Source: Candidatus Marinacidobacterales bacterium (lineage in GTDB: Bacteria > Acidobacteriota > Vicinamibacteria > Marinacidobacterales > SMYC01). From it: a stretch of DNA of 64,000 bases. This document shows positions 47,096 to 56,054 of the stretch, one piece after another. Under the pieces are notes generated by a model. That model was not told the DNA's origin. It was given only the letters and a program-made list of their open reading frames with translations, and did no database searches. Location of the stretch: the NCBI GenBank assembly GCA_965197495.1, contig OZ240210.1, positions 2,876,671 to 2,940,670 of the forward strand, in the 5' to 3' direction. How positions within the stretch are numbered: the stretch's first letter is position 1; every line of letters begins with the position of its first letter. A program made the translations under genes and the position numbers.

Positions 47096-48064
47096 TCATC
47101 CGTGGAAGGTCCGACTAGAAGAGAAAGCTCGCCACATCTCGTCTACACGTTGGAGCTCACGCCGGTATTCGACCGGAGGCAGATCGAAAGCCCGCTTGAA
47201 TACCCTAGCAAAGCTCGCCGGTGACATGCGTAGAGCACCGGCGATGTCTGACAATCTCTCGGGACGGTCATAGGCGCGGTCCAATGCTTTCTTGATATCG
47301 AGCGCGGTCTTCGAAGGGCTTGCGACGCGTCCGACATCGAGAAATTCTTTCGCGCGTTCGAGAGCGCCCATCATTTCCGAGATCGTAGAAGGTGCGACCG
47401 AAGGCGGCGGCGCGAAAATGACGGGTCGACGTGGCGCGCCCTTGGGAAGTCGCTTTCTTGACGTGAGTCCGATCCATTGCCCACGACAACGCGAGAGGAT
47501 GGCGCGCACGATCGAGAAGGGAGGAAGAAAGATGCCATGAGTGCTCTCTGTGGGCGCGACGATGCGATCGCCTCGTTGGTACGCCATCGTGCCGCGAGTC
47601 ACGTCGACGAGGCCGCATTGCCAATAGGGCCCAGTCAGCTCATCACGGATGGCGACGTTTTTCACGAGGACCTCTCGCGTCAGGCGAAACACCCCTTCTT
47701 CAGCGATCTGTGCCTTGCCTCGAACGTAGATGGGGCGTGCGTTACGCCGGCGCCGGCCGCTCACGAGAGCTTCTTTCTCGATGCGCGCCCACTTCTTGAT
47801 TTGCGCCTCGCGATGCTGCGCGAGAGAGCGATTCAGTTGCCGCTCTTTCCAAACGAGCCGAACGGGATGGCGAGACGCTGTGTAGCGCGCCCCTCGTCCC
47901 GAGTTGTGCTCCGCGACTCGGCGCTCGAGATCGGTAGTAATACCGGTATAGAAACTTCCGTCCGCGCAGCACAGCAGGTAGCAATAGTAGAGTCGTGTGT
48001 CGATGGCCGAAGCATAGCAGGAATCGGGCGCCTGAGAATAGCCTGAGAATCGCTTGAGATTCAC
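47096..48064 (-). CDS. Fusion protein with an N-terminal GIY-YIG nuclease domain and a C-terminal AraC-type HTH
   Basis: YYCYLLCCADGSFYTGITTDLERRVAEHNSG is the GIY-YIG motif, and the C-terminus has LSDIAGALRMSPASFARVFKRAFDLPPVEYRR, an AraC-family recognition helix. Confidence 0.55.
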   Translation of the reverse strand: MNLKRFSGYSQAPDSCYASAIDTRLYYCYLLCCADGSFYTGITTDLERRVAEHNSGRGARYTASRHPVRLVWKERQLNRSLAQHREAQIKKWARIEKEALVSGRRRRNARPIYVRGKAQIAEEGVFRLTREVLVKNVAIRDELTGPYWQCGLVDVTRGTMAYQRGDRIVAPTESTHGIFLPPFSIVRAILSRCRGQWIGLTSRKRLPKGAPRRPVIFAPPPSVAPSTISEMMGALERAKEFLDVGRVASPSKTALDIKKALDRAYDRPERLSDIAGALRMSPASFARVFKRAFDLPPVEYRRELQRVDEMWRAFSSSRTFHG

Positions 48065-48075
48065 CTGAGAATCAA

Positions 48076-49527
48076 ATGATAAGCTTTCTTGATATGGATC
48101 AAGGAAGAACGTTCGAATTGGACGCGCGAGATGCGTTGAGCGCCGATGCGTTGAGACGATTTGCCCACGACGCGGTGGATTGGATGGTCGACTACATGAC
48201 CGAGCCCGGCGGCGACGGGCCGATCCTTTCTCCCGAGCTCACGAAGGACGTCTTCGACCTCTTTCGCGAAGAGCTACCGATCGAAGGGAGCGCACCCGCC
48301 GCCGTGTTCGAGGAGTTTCGCGAGAAAATCGTGCCCCATGCGACGCACCTTCAGAGCCCCGGGAACTTTGCCTACATCCCAAACTCGACGGGCGTCGTTG
48401 GTGTCGTCGCCGACATCTTGGCGGCCACGATGAATCAGAACGTCAGTCTCGTTCGAGGAGGACCCACAGCCGCTGCCGTCGAGGCTCAGGTCGTCGGCTG
48501 GCTACAGTCTCTGCTTGCTTATCCCAAAAGTGGCAGTGGTGTTCTCACGAGCGGCGGCTCGCTGGCGAACTTGATGGGGCTAGCGCTTGCCCGCCATCGA
48601 GCCGGCGCCGGAGACGATCTCACTTTCTATTTTTCGGAAGAGACCCACAGCTCTATGGACCGAGCGTTGCGATTTCTCGGGCTTCCTCCCGAGGCACTCC
48701 GAAGGCTGCCGACCGACGACAAGTTCCGCATGAGCCCGGAGGCCCTGGAGCAGGCTGTCAAAGACGACCGCGCTCGCGGAAAAAGGCCCGCCGCCGTCGT
48801 CGCGACCGTAGGGACGATTGGCAGTGGCGCGGTCGATCCACTCGAAGAGCTCGCAGGCGTTTGCGAGCGCTATGGCCTCTGGCTCCACGTCGACGGCGCC
48901 TACGGGGCTCTATCGGCGGCTGCCGAAAGCGGCGCATGGATGCGCTCGGGACTCGCGCGCACGGACTCCCTCTCCATCGATCCGCACAAATGGCTCTTCG
49001 TTCCCGTGGGCACGAGCTGCCTGCTCGTGCGCGATGTCGACTTCATGCGGCGCTTCTTCACGGTGGTGCCGGAATACCTGAAAGTAAGCGCTTCCGAAGG
49101 TGAGATCCGCCAACCCATGGAGCATACGATGGAGCTTTCGCGGCGCTTCCGCGCGCTTCGGCTCTGGATGTCGCTCAAAGTCTATGGAGCGCGCGCCGTA
49201 CGGGAGAAAATCGAAGATCACCTGCGATGGACGCAACTTTTCGCGTCCTGGGTCGAAGCGGCCCCGGGTTTCGAGCTGTCCGCGCCGGTGATGACGAGCA
49301 CCGTGTGCTTTCGTTACGTGCCTTCCGAGGTCGAGAGTGAGGAGGCACTCGACCGCTTGAACGAAGAGCTCATGGAACGGATGAATCGCGAGCCCGGACT
49401 CTTCGTCTCGCGCAATCGACTGCGTGGACGTTTCACGCAGAGAGTGTGCATCACCCACCTCCGGACGACCGAAAACGATATTCTTCGTTTGTGGGAGTCG
49501 TATCAGAAGTTGGCGGTGACGTTGTAG
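48076..49527 (+). CDS. PLP-dependent group II decarboxylase (aromatic-amino-acid / diaminobutyrate decarboxylase-like)
   Basis: It has SIDPHKWLFVPVGTSCLLVRD, with the PLP lysine, and GSGAVDPLEEL...WLHVDGAYG. Confidence 0.75.
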   Translation: MISFLDMDQGRTFELDARDALSADALRRFAHDAVDWMVDYMTEPGGDGPILSPELTKDVFDLFREELPIEGSAPAAVFEEFREKIVPHATHLQSPGNFAYIPNSTGVVGVVADILAATMNQNVSLVRGGPTAAAVEAQVVGWLQSLLAYPKSGSGVLTSGGSLANLMGLALARHRAGAGDDLTFYFSEETHSSMDRALRFLGLPPEALRRLPTDDKFRMSPEALEQAVKDDRARGKRPAAVVATVGTIGSGAVDPLEELAGVCERYGLWLHVDGAYGALSAAAESGAWMRSGLARTDSLSIDPHKWLFVPVGTSCLLVRDVDFMRRFFTVVPEYLKVSASEGEIRQPMEHTMELSRRFRALRLWMSLKVYGARAVREKIEDHLRWTQLFASWVEAAPGFELSAPVMTSTVCFRYVPSEVESEEALDRLNEELMERMNREPGLFVSRNRLRGRFTQRVCITHLRTTENDILRLWESYQKLAVTL

Positions 49528-49543
49528 ACGGCAAGTGCGGCCT

Positions 49544-50707
49544 TCAAGCGCATGAGACGATTGCCTTGACGAGGCGCGCGACCTCTTCCTCGGTGTTGAA
49601 GAAATGACAGGCGACCCGAAGGAACCGGTGGTCTTTGACGCTCACGAGAAACTTGCGTTCTTCCAAGCACGCTTGGATCTCGGCCGCGTGGCTCATCTCG
49701 AAGCTCACGATGCCGGCGCGCTCCTCCCATGCGTCGGAGGTCGCAGCCTCGAGGCCCGCGGCTCGTGCGCATTCGAGTAGCTCCGTCGTGAGCTTCTTGA
49801 CGCGTGCCTCGATGTTCTCGAGCCCGAGCTCTCTCAAGAACTCCGAGGAGCGCTTCAGCACCGCGAGGCCGAGATGATTCGGGTTGCCATACTCGAAACG
49901 GTGCGCGCCCGCGGCGAGCTCGAGCGTCTCATCCCACTTATTGGGCGACGCAAAGCTGAACTTCGCGGCATAGGGTGGCTCGACCCGCGGGATGACGTCT
50001 TCGCGCACGTAGAGAAATCCAGCCCCCGCGAGACCGAGAAGACCTTTGTGGCCGCCGCAGGCGATCGCGTCCGCCTCGAGGGCGACGAGCGGGGTCGCCA
50101 GCACACCCACGCCCTGGATCCCGTCGACGACGAGCAACACGTCACGTTCGCGGCACGCACGGCCGAGCGCTGGCAGACCGAAGCGATATCCAGTCCCGTG
50201 GGTGACCCAAGATACCGCGACGACGCGCGTGCGCGCGCTGAGTTTTTGGATCAAGTCGGGAGCTCCGCCGGACGCGATCGTGATCGTGACGCCACGCTCA
50301 GCGAGACGCCGCCAAGGGAGCAGGTTGGCCTCGTGCTCGAGATCGCTGACGATCACTTCGTCTCCTTCACCGAGGCCGAGGCCGGAGGCGAGGATGTTGA
50401 TCCCCTCCGAAGTGTTCTTGACGAAGGCGAGCGTGTGCGCGGGTGCGCCGACGAGCGCGGCCAGCGACGCGCGGGTTTCTTCGCACCGCTCCGTTTCCTT
50501 CATAACATCCGGTAGGTTGGGTTGAGGGTCCCAAGTAACTTGGGACGCGTTCACATGCGTCGAGCTGTCTTCTACCGACGAGGTGGCGGACGTCATCGCC
50601 AGCACTGCCACTGCCATTGTCATTGTCGTTGTCATAATCAGTGCGATTCTTCTCATAAGCGCTCCTGTCGAGGCCCTCGTCTCGGGGCCGTTACACCGTG
50701 CATCCAC
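49544..50707 (-). CDS. Class-V aminotransferase-fold PLP enzyme (cysteine desulfurase / epimerase-like) with an atypical N-terminus
   Basis: It has LVVDGIQGVG and ACGGHKGLLG (PLP-Lys) and RASLAALVGAPAHTLAFVKNTSEGINIL, but the first about 50 codons (MTTTMTMAVAVLAMTS) do not look like the usual YLDNAATT start, so the true start is uncertain. Confidence 0.55.
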   Translation of the reverse strand: MDARCNGPETRASTGALMRRIALIMTTTMTMAVAVLAMTSATSSVEDSSTHVNASQVTWDPQPNLPDVMKETERCEETRASLAALVGAPAHTLAFVKNTSEGINILASGLGLGEGDEVIVSDLEHEANLLPWRRLAERGVTITIASGGAPDLIQKLSARTRVVAVSWVTHGTGYRFGLPALGRACRERDVLLVVDGIQGVGVLATPLVALEADAIACGGHKGLLGLAGAGFLYVREDVIPRVEPPYAAKFSFASPNKWDETLELAAGAHRFEYGNPNHLGLAVLKRSSEFLRELGLENIEARVKKLTTELLECARAAGLEAATSDAWEERAGIVSFEMSHAAEIQACLEERKFLVSVKDHRFLRVACHFFNTEEEVARLVKAIVSCA

Positions 50708-51615
50708 ACGAGACGTATCACACGAAAGCGGTGTCCGCGATAAGGCTCGAGGAGCTCGACTATGCGTTCTTCGGAAGCCCGCTCTTCGCCCGCCAACAAA
50801 TAAGCGATCGTGTCAGGGAGATTGTAATCCCCGAGGAGCAACGCATCGGGTGCGCCGAGCGCTGTACCCTGCACATAAGCGATCGTCCAGGGCCCGATGC
50901 CGCGTATCGCGGCCAGACGCTGAGCGAAAGTTTCGGCGCCCATCCCGGCGGCCTCTTCGATGCGCGCCGCGTATTTGGCGACGCGTTGGATCGTACGGGC
51001 TTGTTTGGGGCGCACACCAAGCGCTATGAGCGCGTAGTCGGGGGTCGAGGCGAGCGTTCGCGGGTCGGGTGGAAGACGGAGCTCGACCGGTCCGGGCGCG
51101 GGCGCGCCGAGCTTTCGTACGAGCTTGCCCTAGGAGCTGCAGGCCTCTTGCCAAGTGATGAGCTGGAGCAACGTCACTTGGACGACGCGGTGGACGATGC
51201 GCGGGAACGTTGGCAAGTGGATCCCCGGATATTGCCGCTATAGCTTTCGGACGACACCGCCGTCCGGCTCGAACGTTTCAGGGTTGTCCTCGAGGCCAAG
51301 AAGCTTCGCGGCGTGCGGCATGAGCCAGGGGGCGCCGTCCCCAAAACCGTGAACGGTGAGCTTCCGGCCGCGTTGTTCCACCGCGAGACTCGCTGGGCCT
51401 TCGGGCGTTCCGAGCGCCAGGGCGAAGGCGCCGTCTTCGAGGCGCAACGTGGGATCATATTTTCCCATGCGCGAGGCCGCCATCGTGCGTCTCAAGTCGT
51501 AGGCTTCGGGTGCTTCGAGCTCGACGGTGATATCGGCCAACGTGGATCCTGTCAGAGCACGTCGCGGCGATGATCGGGGAACACGCGCGATACCTTGTGC
51601 TCGCCCACGCTCCAA
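50653..51615 (-). pseudogene. AlkA-like DNA-3-methyladenine glycosylase II gene interrupted by two in-frame TAG codons
   Basis: The N-terminal domain at 51615-51241, a continuation RQYPGIHLPTFPRIVHRVVQVTLLQLITWQEACSS, and the HhH-GPD part (GIGPWTIAYV...LGAPDALLLGDYNLPD) are all in one frame. TAG codons on the minus strand at 51240-51238 and 51132-51130 interrupt otherwise conserved text. Confidence 0.6.
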
Positions 51616-52228
51616 GCAGACGCCGAGCCATTGGAGAGCGCCGGGTAGTTGAAGATCCGGAACAGTATGAGAGGCCCTTCCGTGTAGAGCCGGGAAAAAA
51701 ATTGACCTCGAGCCCGAGGCTGAGCGCCATGATTTCCATTACGCGCCGGCCGAGCGCGGACATGGCATCCATATAGTCGAGCACGATCGCACCGAGGTCG
51801 CTGTCTTCGGGGAAGAGATTGCGGCCGTGGAGCGGGGTTTTCGTGCGTACTTTGGGGTGGCTCTCGTCGAGCTCTGCGCCGAAATAGGGGCCTTCCTTCT
51901 GGTCTGCGATCCCCGAGGTCAGCTCGGCGCCAGCGGGGAAATAGCCGCGCCAGGCGCGGCCTCCGAGCTCCAGGCGGATCTTCAGCTTGTCGCTTGGCTC
52001 GCGTGCGAAAAAGGCGCGGCTCGCGAGCATCAGCTCGAGCTCTAGCCTTTCGTCGACACCGTGACCGATGATGTAGAAAAAACCACTCTCGACTGCCCCG
52101 CGCCGGATCCGTGCAGGAGCGCCCGCATCTTGAATGTTGATGACGGGCAGGAAAGTCGTTCGGGTCACATGGGCGATCATGAGGCTCTTCGGGCAGTCGT
52201 GCAAATAGCCGGTTGGGCTTTGACACAC
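51552..52228 (-). pseudogene. 2OG-Fe(II) oxygenase (isopenicillin-N-synthase-like) gene, frameshifted in an A7/T7 homopolymer near 51686-51692 and 3'-truncated
   Basis: The N-terminal DIOX_N-like part TFLPVINIQDAGAPARIRRGAVESGFFYIIGHGV is in frame 52228, the continuation ...NFF|SRLYTEGPLILFRIFNYPAL...VGEH is in frame 52226, and the gene ends before the second His motif, where it overlaps the AlkA start. Confidence 0.5.
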
Positions 52229-52403
52229 GGTCTAGGTCGCGGTAGGGTTTTCTTTGTAGAGTGTAGTTTTTCTCTACCTGTACCAGCAGTGGACCGCAGG
52301 GAGAAAAGACTTTGCCCTGTGGTCTTTTTTGTTGCCAGTGCGAGGTCTACACAATACCCCGGCTTCGGCCGGGTCAAATTTTGAGGAAAGGAGGTAGACC
52401 CGC

Positions 52404-52604
52404 ATGGCAGAAGGCACTGTGAAGTGGTTCAACGATAGCAAGGGTTTCGGATTCATTCAGCGTGAAGACGGACCTGACGTTTTCGTCCACCACTCGGCTA
52501 TCGTCGGCACAGGTTTCAAATCGCTCCAAGAAGGTGAGCGAGTCGAGTTCGAGATCACCCAGGGACCCAAGGGACCCCAGGCCGCGAACGTGAAGCCCGT
52601 CTAG
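52404..52604 (+). CDS. cspA: Cold-shock protein (CspA family)
   Basis: [33 protein letters not shown] carries the canonical RNP1/RNP2 motifs in a 66-aa protein, preceded by a long 5' UTR. Confidence 0.9.
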   Translation: MAEGTVKWFNDSKGFGFIQREDGPDVFVHHSAIVGTGFKSLQEGERVEFEITQGPKGPQAANVKPV

Positions 52605-52622
52605 TCGACCTGTTCCAGGCTA

Positions 52623-52661
52623 AAAGCCCCGTCGCCTTTTGGCGGCGGGGCTTTATTCTTT
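52623..52661 (+). terminator. Rho-independent terminator downstream of cspA
   Basis: The GC-rich hairpin gccccgtcgcc-ttttg-gcggcggggc is followed by tttattcttt. Confidence 0.6.
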
Positions 52662-53041
52662 CAGGCTAGGCCGCTCGGCCTTCGAGATCACATCGCGCAA
52701 GAGAATAGCTTCTGGCTCGAGACATTCTCCGACGCTCGCGCCGTCTCGCTCCGCGGCTTTCTTTTCGGCGAGGACCTCAAGGAAGTGATAAAGCGCGCTT
52801 CGCGGCTTCGAGAAGCTCGGGCGCCGCGGCAATCAGAAGTCCGTTATGCTCATCGAGCACACCGTATTTCAATCCCTCATGGCTTCCGCCAGCGACGACG
52901 ACCTCTTCGTCTTCGCCGATGATGAACCCGCCGTCCTCGTCATCCATCCACGCGGTACCGTCTTCGAAGCCGATGCGCCACGGCCCCGGTGTGTACTGAG
53001 GCATTGCCCCTTCCCCTTTCTCCCGTCTCTCCTTAACGCAG

Positions 53042-53449
53042 CTATGTAAGAAGTTCGTCCCAATCCTCCCAGCTCAATCCGACGATCCTCGAGAGCTCGT
53101 CCACGTTATGCGTGACGAGCGTCAGTTCGTAAGTCACGGCAATCGAAGCGATCATCAAGTCGTTCGCCCCGATGGATTGTCCAATGCGCTCGAGCTCCGA
53201 GCGAATGACGCCGTAGTTGTTCGAGCAATCGTCATCGAAAGGAATGGAGACGAGCGGCGCGAAAAACGTGTGGAGGACGCGAAGGTTTTCCGCGGGCCGA
53301 GCGCTTTTGCGCGCGCCGTAGACGAGCTCGGCCTTCACGACGGAACAGAGCTGTATCTCGGACGGCGGCTTCGATTGGAATCTCTCGATGAGCTCGGTCG
53401 ATGACTCATTCAGTATCTTGATGCACGCGTTTGTGTCCAGAAGATACAT
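53042..53449 (-). CDS. vapC: PIN-domain toxin VapC
   Basis: It starts MYLLDTNACIKIL..., has acidic residues at PIN positions, and overlaps the upstream antitoxin ORF by 44 nt. Confidence 0.75.
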   Translation of the reverse strand: MYLLDTNACIKILNESSTELIERFQSKPPSEIQLCSVVKAELVYGARKSARPAENLRVLHTFFAPLVSIPFDDDCSNNYGVIRSELERIGQSIGANDLMIASIAVTYELTLVTHNVDELSRIVGLSWEDWDELLT

Positions 53450-53672
53450 CGAGCTCCTCGCGCTCTTCGAGATTCAACGGCTGCGGCCGTACTAGCGGTT
53501 CGCCTTTCCAGCCTCCGACGACCGTCTCGAAATACCCGTCCGGCCACTCATCGGCCACCTGGCTTCGGACGAGCTCCGAGAGAAAGGCGGAAACACTGAG
53601 TCCGCGTTCAGCGGCCCGTCTGCGGACCTCTCGTTCAAGTTCTTCCGGCAGATAGAGATGCAATTGGGCCAT
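53406..53672 (-). CDS. vapB: VapB-type antitoxin (ribbon-helix-helix / CopG-like)
   Basis: It is 88 aa, with LYLPEELEREVRRRAAERGLSVSAFLSELV, a typical RHH N-terminus, and is translationally coupled to vapC. Confidence 0.65.
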   Translation of the reverse strand: MAQLHLYLPEELEREVRRRAAERGLSVSAFLSELVRSQVADEWPDGYFETVVGGWKGEPLVRPQPLNLEEREELDVSSGHKRVHQDTE

Positions 53673-53784
53673 AGCAAATACATTCTAGCACATATAGCGA
53701 GAATGGACCAAGCCTGACAACTGACAACGCCACTCTGCGCAAGGAACTTGACACGTCAGGGGGCAGCCAATAATATATAGCCAT

Positions 53785-54120
53785 ATGACGATACATCGTG
53801 CGCACGCGCTGGACGGCACCTTCCACGCTCTCGGCGACGGAACGCGGCGTGCGATGCTCTCGATGCTCTCTCGCCGCGGTGCGCTCACCGCCGGCGAGCT
53901 TGGCGCGCCCTTCGATATCTCTCAGCCCACGGCGTCGAAGCACCTGCGTGTGCTCGAGCGCGCCGGCTTGCTCACGCGCTCCGTCGAAGGCCGCACCCAT
54001 CGGTTCCGGCTTGTCGAGAGGCGGTTGAAGGAAGCTGAAGAGTGGATCGAGCGGCATCGGGATTTCTGGGAGCACACGCTCGACCGGCTCGGAGACTTTG
54101 TGGAGGAACCTGGTGGCTAG
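53785..54120 (+). CDS. ArsR/SmtB-family transcriptional regulator
   Basis: It has the HTH LGDGTRRAMLSMLSRRGALTAGELGAPFDISQPTASKHLRVLERAGLL. Confidence 0.75.
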   Translation: MTIHRAHALDGTFHALGDGTRRAMLSMLSRRGALTAGELGAPFDISQPTASKHLRVLERAGLLTRSVEGRTHRFRLVERRLKEAEEWIERHRDFWEHTLDRLGDFVEEPGG

Positions 54121-54556
54121 CCAGCTGAGTGTTTTCGTGCGACGGCACGTTCGCGCCTCACGCAAGCAGGTCTTTCGTGCATTCACCGAGCCAGAAATAC
54201 TTCCGCGCTGGTTCTCGCCGAGCGCCGATATAGGAATCGAAATTCTCGAACATGATTTCCGTGTCGGTGGACGCTACCGGTTCGGCTTTCGCTTTCCCGA
54301 TGGTGAGCGAAACACCGTTACCGGCGTGTTTCGCGAGATAGCTTCTGGAGAGCGGTTGGTCTTTACCTGGACATGGGAGCCCCCCGATCCGCATGCCGGT
54401 GTCGAGACGCTCGTGACCATCGTTCTCAGGGAAGAACAGGACGGCACCGAGATCGTCGTGACGCACGATCGTTTTCCGAGGCACGAAATCCGGGATCGGC
54501 ATGATGCCGGCTGGCAAACGACACTCGACCGTCTCGAGATTTTGCTCGTGAGGTAA
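54098..54556 (+). CDS. SRPBCC-superfamily (Aha1/AHSA1-like) protein
   Basis: It overlaps the arsR stop, and RKQVFRAFTEPEILPRWFSP...GGRYRF is the activator-of-Hsp90-ATPase-homolog-like signature. Confidence 0.6.
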   Translation: MWRNLVASQLSVFVRRHVRASRKQVFRAFTEPEILPRWFSPSADIGIEILEHDFRVGGRYRFGFRFPDGERNTVTGVFREIASGERLVFTWTWEPPDPHAGVETLVTIVLREEQDGTEIVVTHDRFPRHEIRDRHDAGWQTTLDRLEILLVR

Positions 54557-54558
54557 AC

Positions 54559-54984
54559 ATGAAAAAGTATTTGAATGCCGGTTTAGCCTATCTGCTCGTC
54601 ACTTTCCCTCTCGCTTTCCTGTGGCATTTGGTCGTCTTCAAGGAGACCTACGACGCGCTCCGGATCTTCAATCGCGAGGAGCCGATCGTGGCGCTCGGCT
54701 TTTTCGTCATCCTGTTTCAAGGACTCCTCCTATCCTACGCCTATCCTTTGTTTTACCGGGGCGGCCATCCCGCGAAGGCCGGTCTGAAGTTTGGCCTCCT
54801 CATGGGTCTGTTTCTCTGGAGCAGTCAGGTCGTCGCGGCGGCGGCCAAGCACGAGGTTTCCTCGCTCAGCTTGTGGCTCGGAATCGAAACCGCCTATTTC
54901 GCGCTACAGTTCGCGCTCGTGGGCCTCGCCATCGGCCTTGTCTACGGACCCAATCCTCGGGGGGTTTCTCGTGGCTTACAGTGA
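54559..54984 (+). CDS. Small integral membrane protein (DUF1761-like, four TM helices)
   Basis: This is based on the hydropathy pattern only. Confidence 0.4.
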   Translation: MKKYLNAGLAYLLVTFPLAFLWHLVVFKETYDALRIFNREEPIVALGFFVILFQGLLLSYAYPLFYRGGHPAKAGLKFGLLMGLFLWSSQVVAAAAKHEVSSLSLWLGIETAYFALQFALVGLAIGLVYGPNPRGVSRGLQ

Positions 54985-55300
54985 GAAAGTGGCCGAGCGC
55001 TTGCGGCAAGCCTTGAAGCGAAGGCACGATATTAGCGAGCGGAAGATGTTTGGCGGCATTGCTTTTCTGCTGAATGGCAACATGTGCTGTGGCGTGAACG
55101 ACACCGACATCATGCTGCGTCTCGGAAAGGACGGCGCGGAGAAGGCTCTCTCCGAGCGGCATACCCGCGAAATGGATTTCACGGGCACGCCCCTGTCCAC
55201 GATGGTGTATCTACGCGCTGCGGGCTACCGCAAGGACGAGGACCTCGAGCGATGGCTGAAGCGGGCGATCGACTATGCTAAGACCCTTCCGCCGAAATAG
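54968..55300 (+). CDS. TfoX N-terminal-domain protein; the probable GTG start at 54968 is internal to the ORF-track entry 54791-55300
   Basis: It reads ...RKMFGGIAFLLNGNMCCGVNDTDIMLRLG...MDFTGTPLSTMVYLRAAGY...LERWLKRAIDYAKTLPP. Confidence 0.5.
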   Translation, partial: LVAYSEKVAERLRQALKRRHDISERKMFGGIAFLLNGNMCCGVNDTDIMLRLGKDGAEKALSERHTREMDFTGTPLSTMVYLRAAGYRKDEDLERWLKRAIDYAKTLPPK

Positions 55301-55305
55301 ATGGC

Positions 55306-56034
55306 CTAACGATTGCAGCTGACCCAATCACCGCGGGGCGTGCGCCTCTTGGACCAGACGTACCAGTACTCGCCGTCATAGGTCCAAAAGCCCGCCTCGA
55401 GAAACTGTCCGTTGTGCTGTGTCGCTTCCCGGCAGGCGCGCGACTGATAACAGCCGTCGCGGTCTCCCGGCATCCGCACGACTTGCTTCAGTCCCTGGCG
55501 GAGCCGTTCGAAATTCGTGCCGCATTTTTCGGTGAGCACGGCCCGCGCGTCCATCTCCCGATTGACCCTCGGGCGGGCGCGTGTGCCTTCCGTCTCGCAA
55601 CAGCGATATCCCTCCCATAGCTGGATCGACTGCTGCATGCGTCGAAATTTACCGATGAACTCGGCATAGCTCCGTTCCTCGAGTAACGCCCCCACGGCCT
55701 CGAACGACCCGTAGAGCGGGCTCAAGTAGAGCGCGGGATCGCAGCGGATGCAGCTAATGGTGCCGCCCGCCTCGGTCTCGGCGATGACCTCTTCGAGCGC
55801 CGCGAAAGCTTCGTCGAGGAGTCCTTCGATCGCGCGGCACGTCAGAAGCTGCTCCGCTCCCGCGCAATCCGCCGTCGTCAACGAGAGCTGAAAAGCTTCT
55901 TCGAGCTTCGCGCGCACGGCGAGAACACCCGCGTGGTCCGGACCGCCGCAAGGCGGGCAAGGCTCGGGCTCGGCGTTTTGGAAGAGCATCAGCAATATCG
56001 GGGCGTGCAACACGAATCGATACATGTCCTGCAT
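55306..56034 (-). CDS. Hypothetical Cys-rich secreted protein
   Basis: It has an N-terminal hydrophobic leader and about 14 Cys residues, with no family recognised. Confidence 0.3.
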   Translation of the reverse strand: MQDMYRFVLHAPILLMLFQNAEPEPCPPCGGPDHAGVLAVRAKLEEAFQLSLTTADCAGAEQLLTCRAIEGLLDEAFAALEEVIAETEAGGTISCIRCDPALYLSPLYGSFEAVGALLEERSYAEFIGKFRRMQQSIQLWEGYRCCETEGTRARPRVNREMDARAVLTEKCGTNFERLRQGLKQVVRMPGDRDGCYQSRACREATQHNGQFLEAGFWTYDGEYWYVWSKRRTPRGDWVSCNR

Positions 56035-56054
56035 TCTATCGCGCGCGTCCGCTT

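Noticed and set aside
50653-51615. Whether the two in-frame TAG codons in the AlkA-like gene indicate amber reassignment in this organism
   Set aside because: All other long, conserved genes in the window (CotH 797 aa, TBDR 880 aa, TypA, IS transposases and others) are free of internal TAG. A local pseudogene or sequencing error is far more likely than code reassignment.
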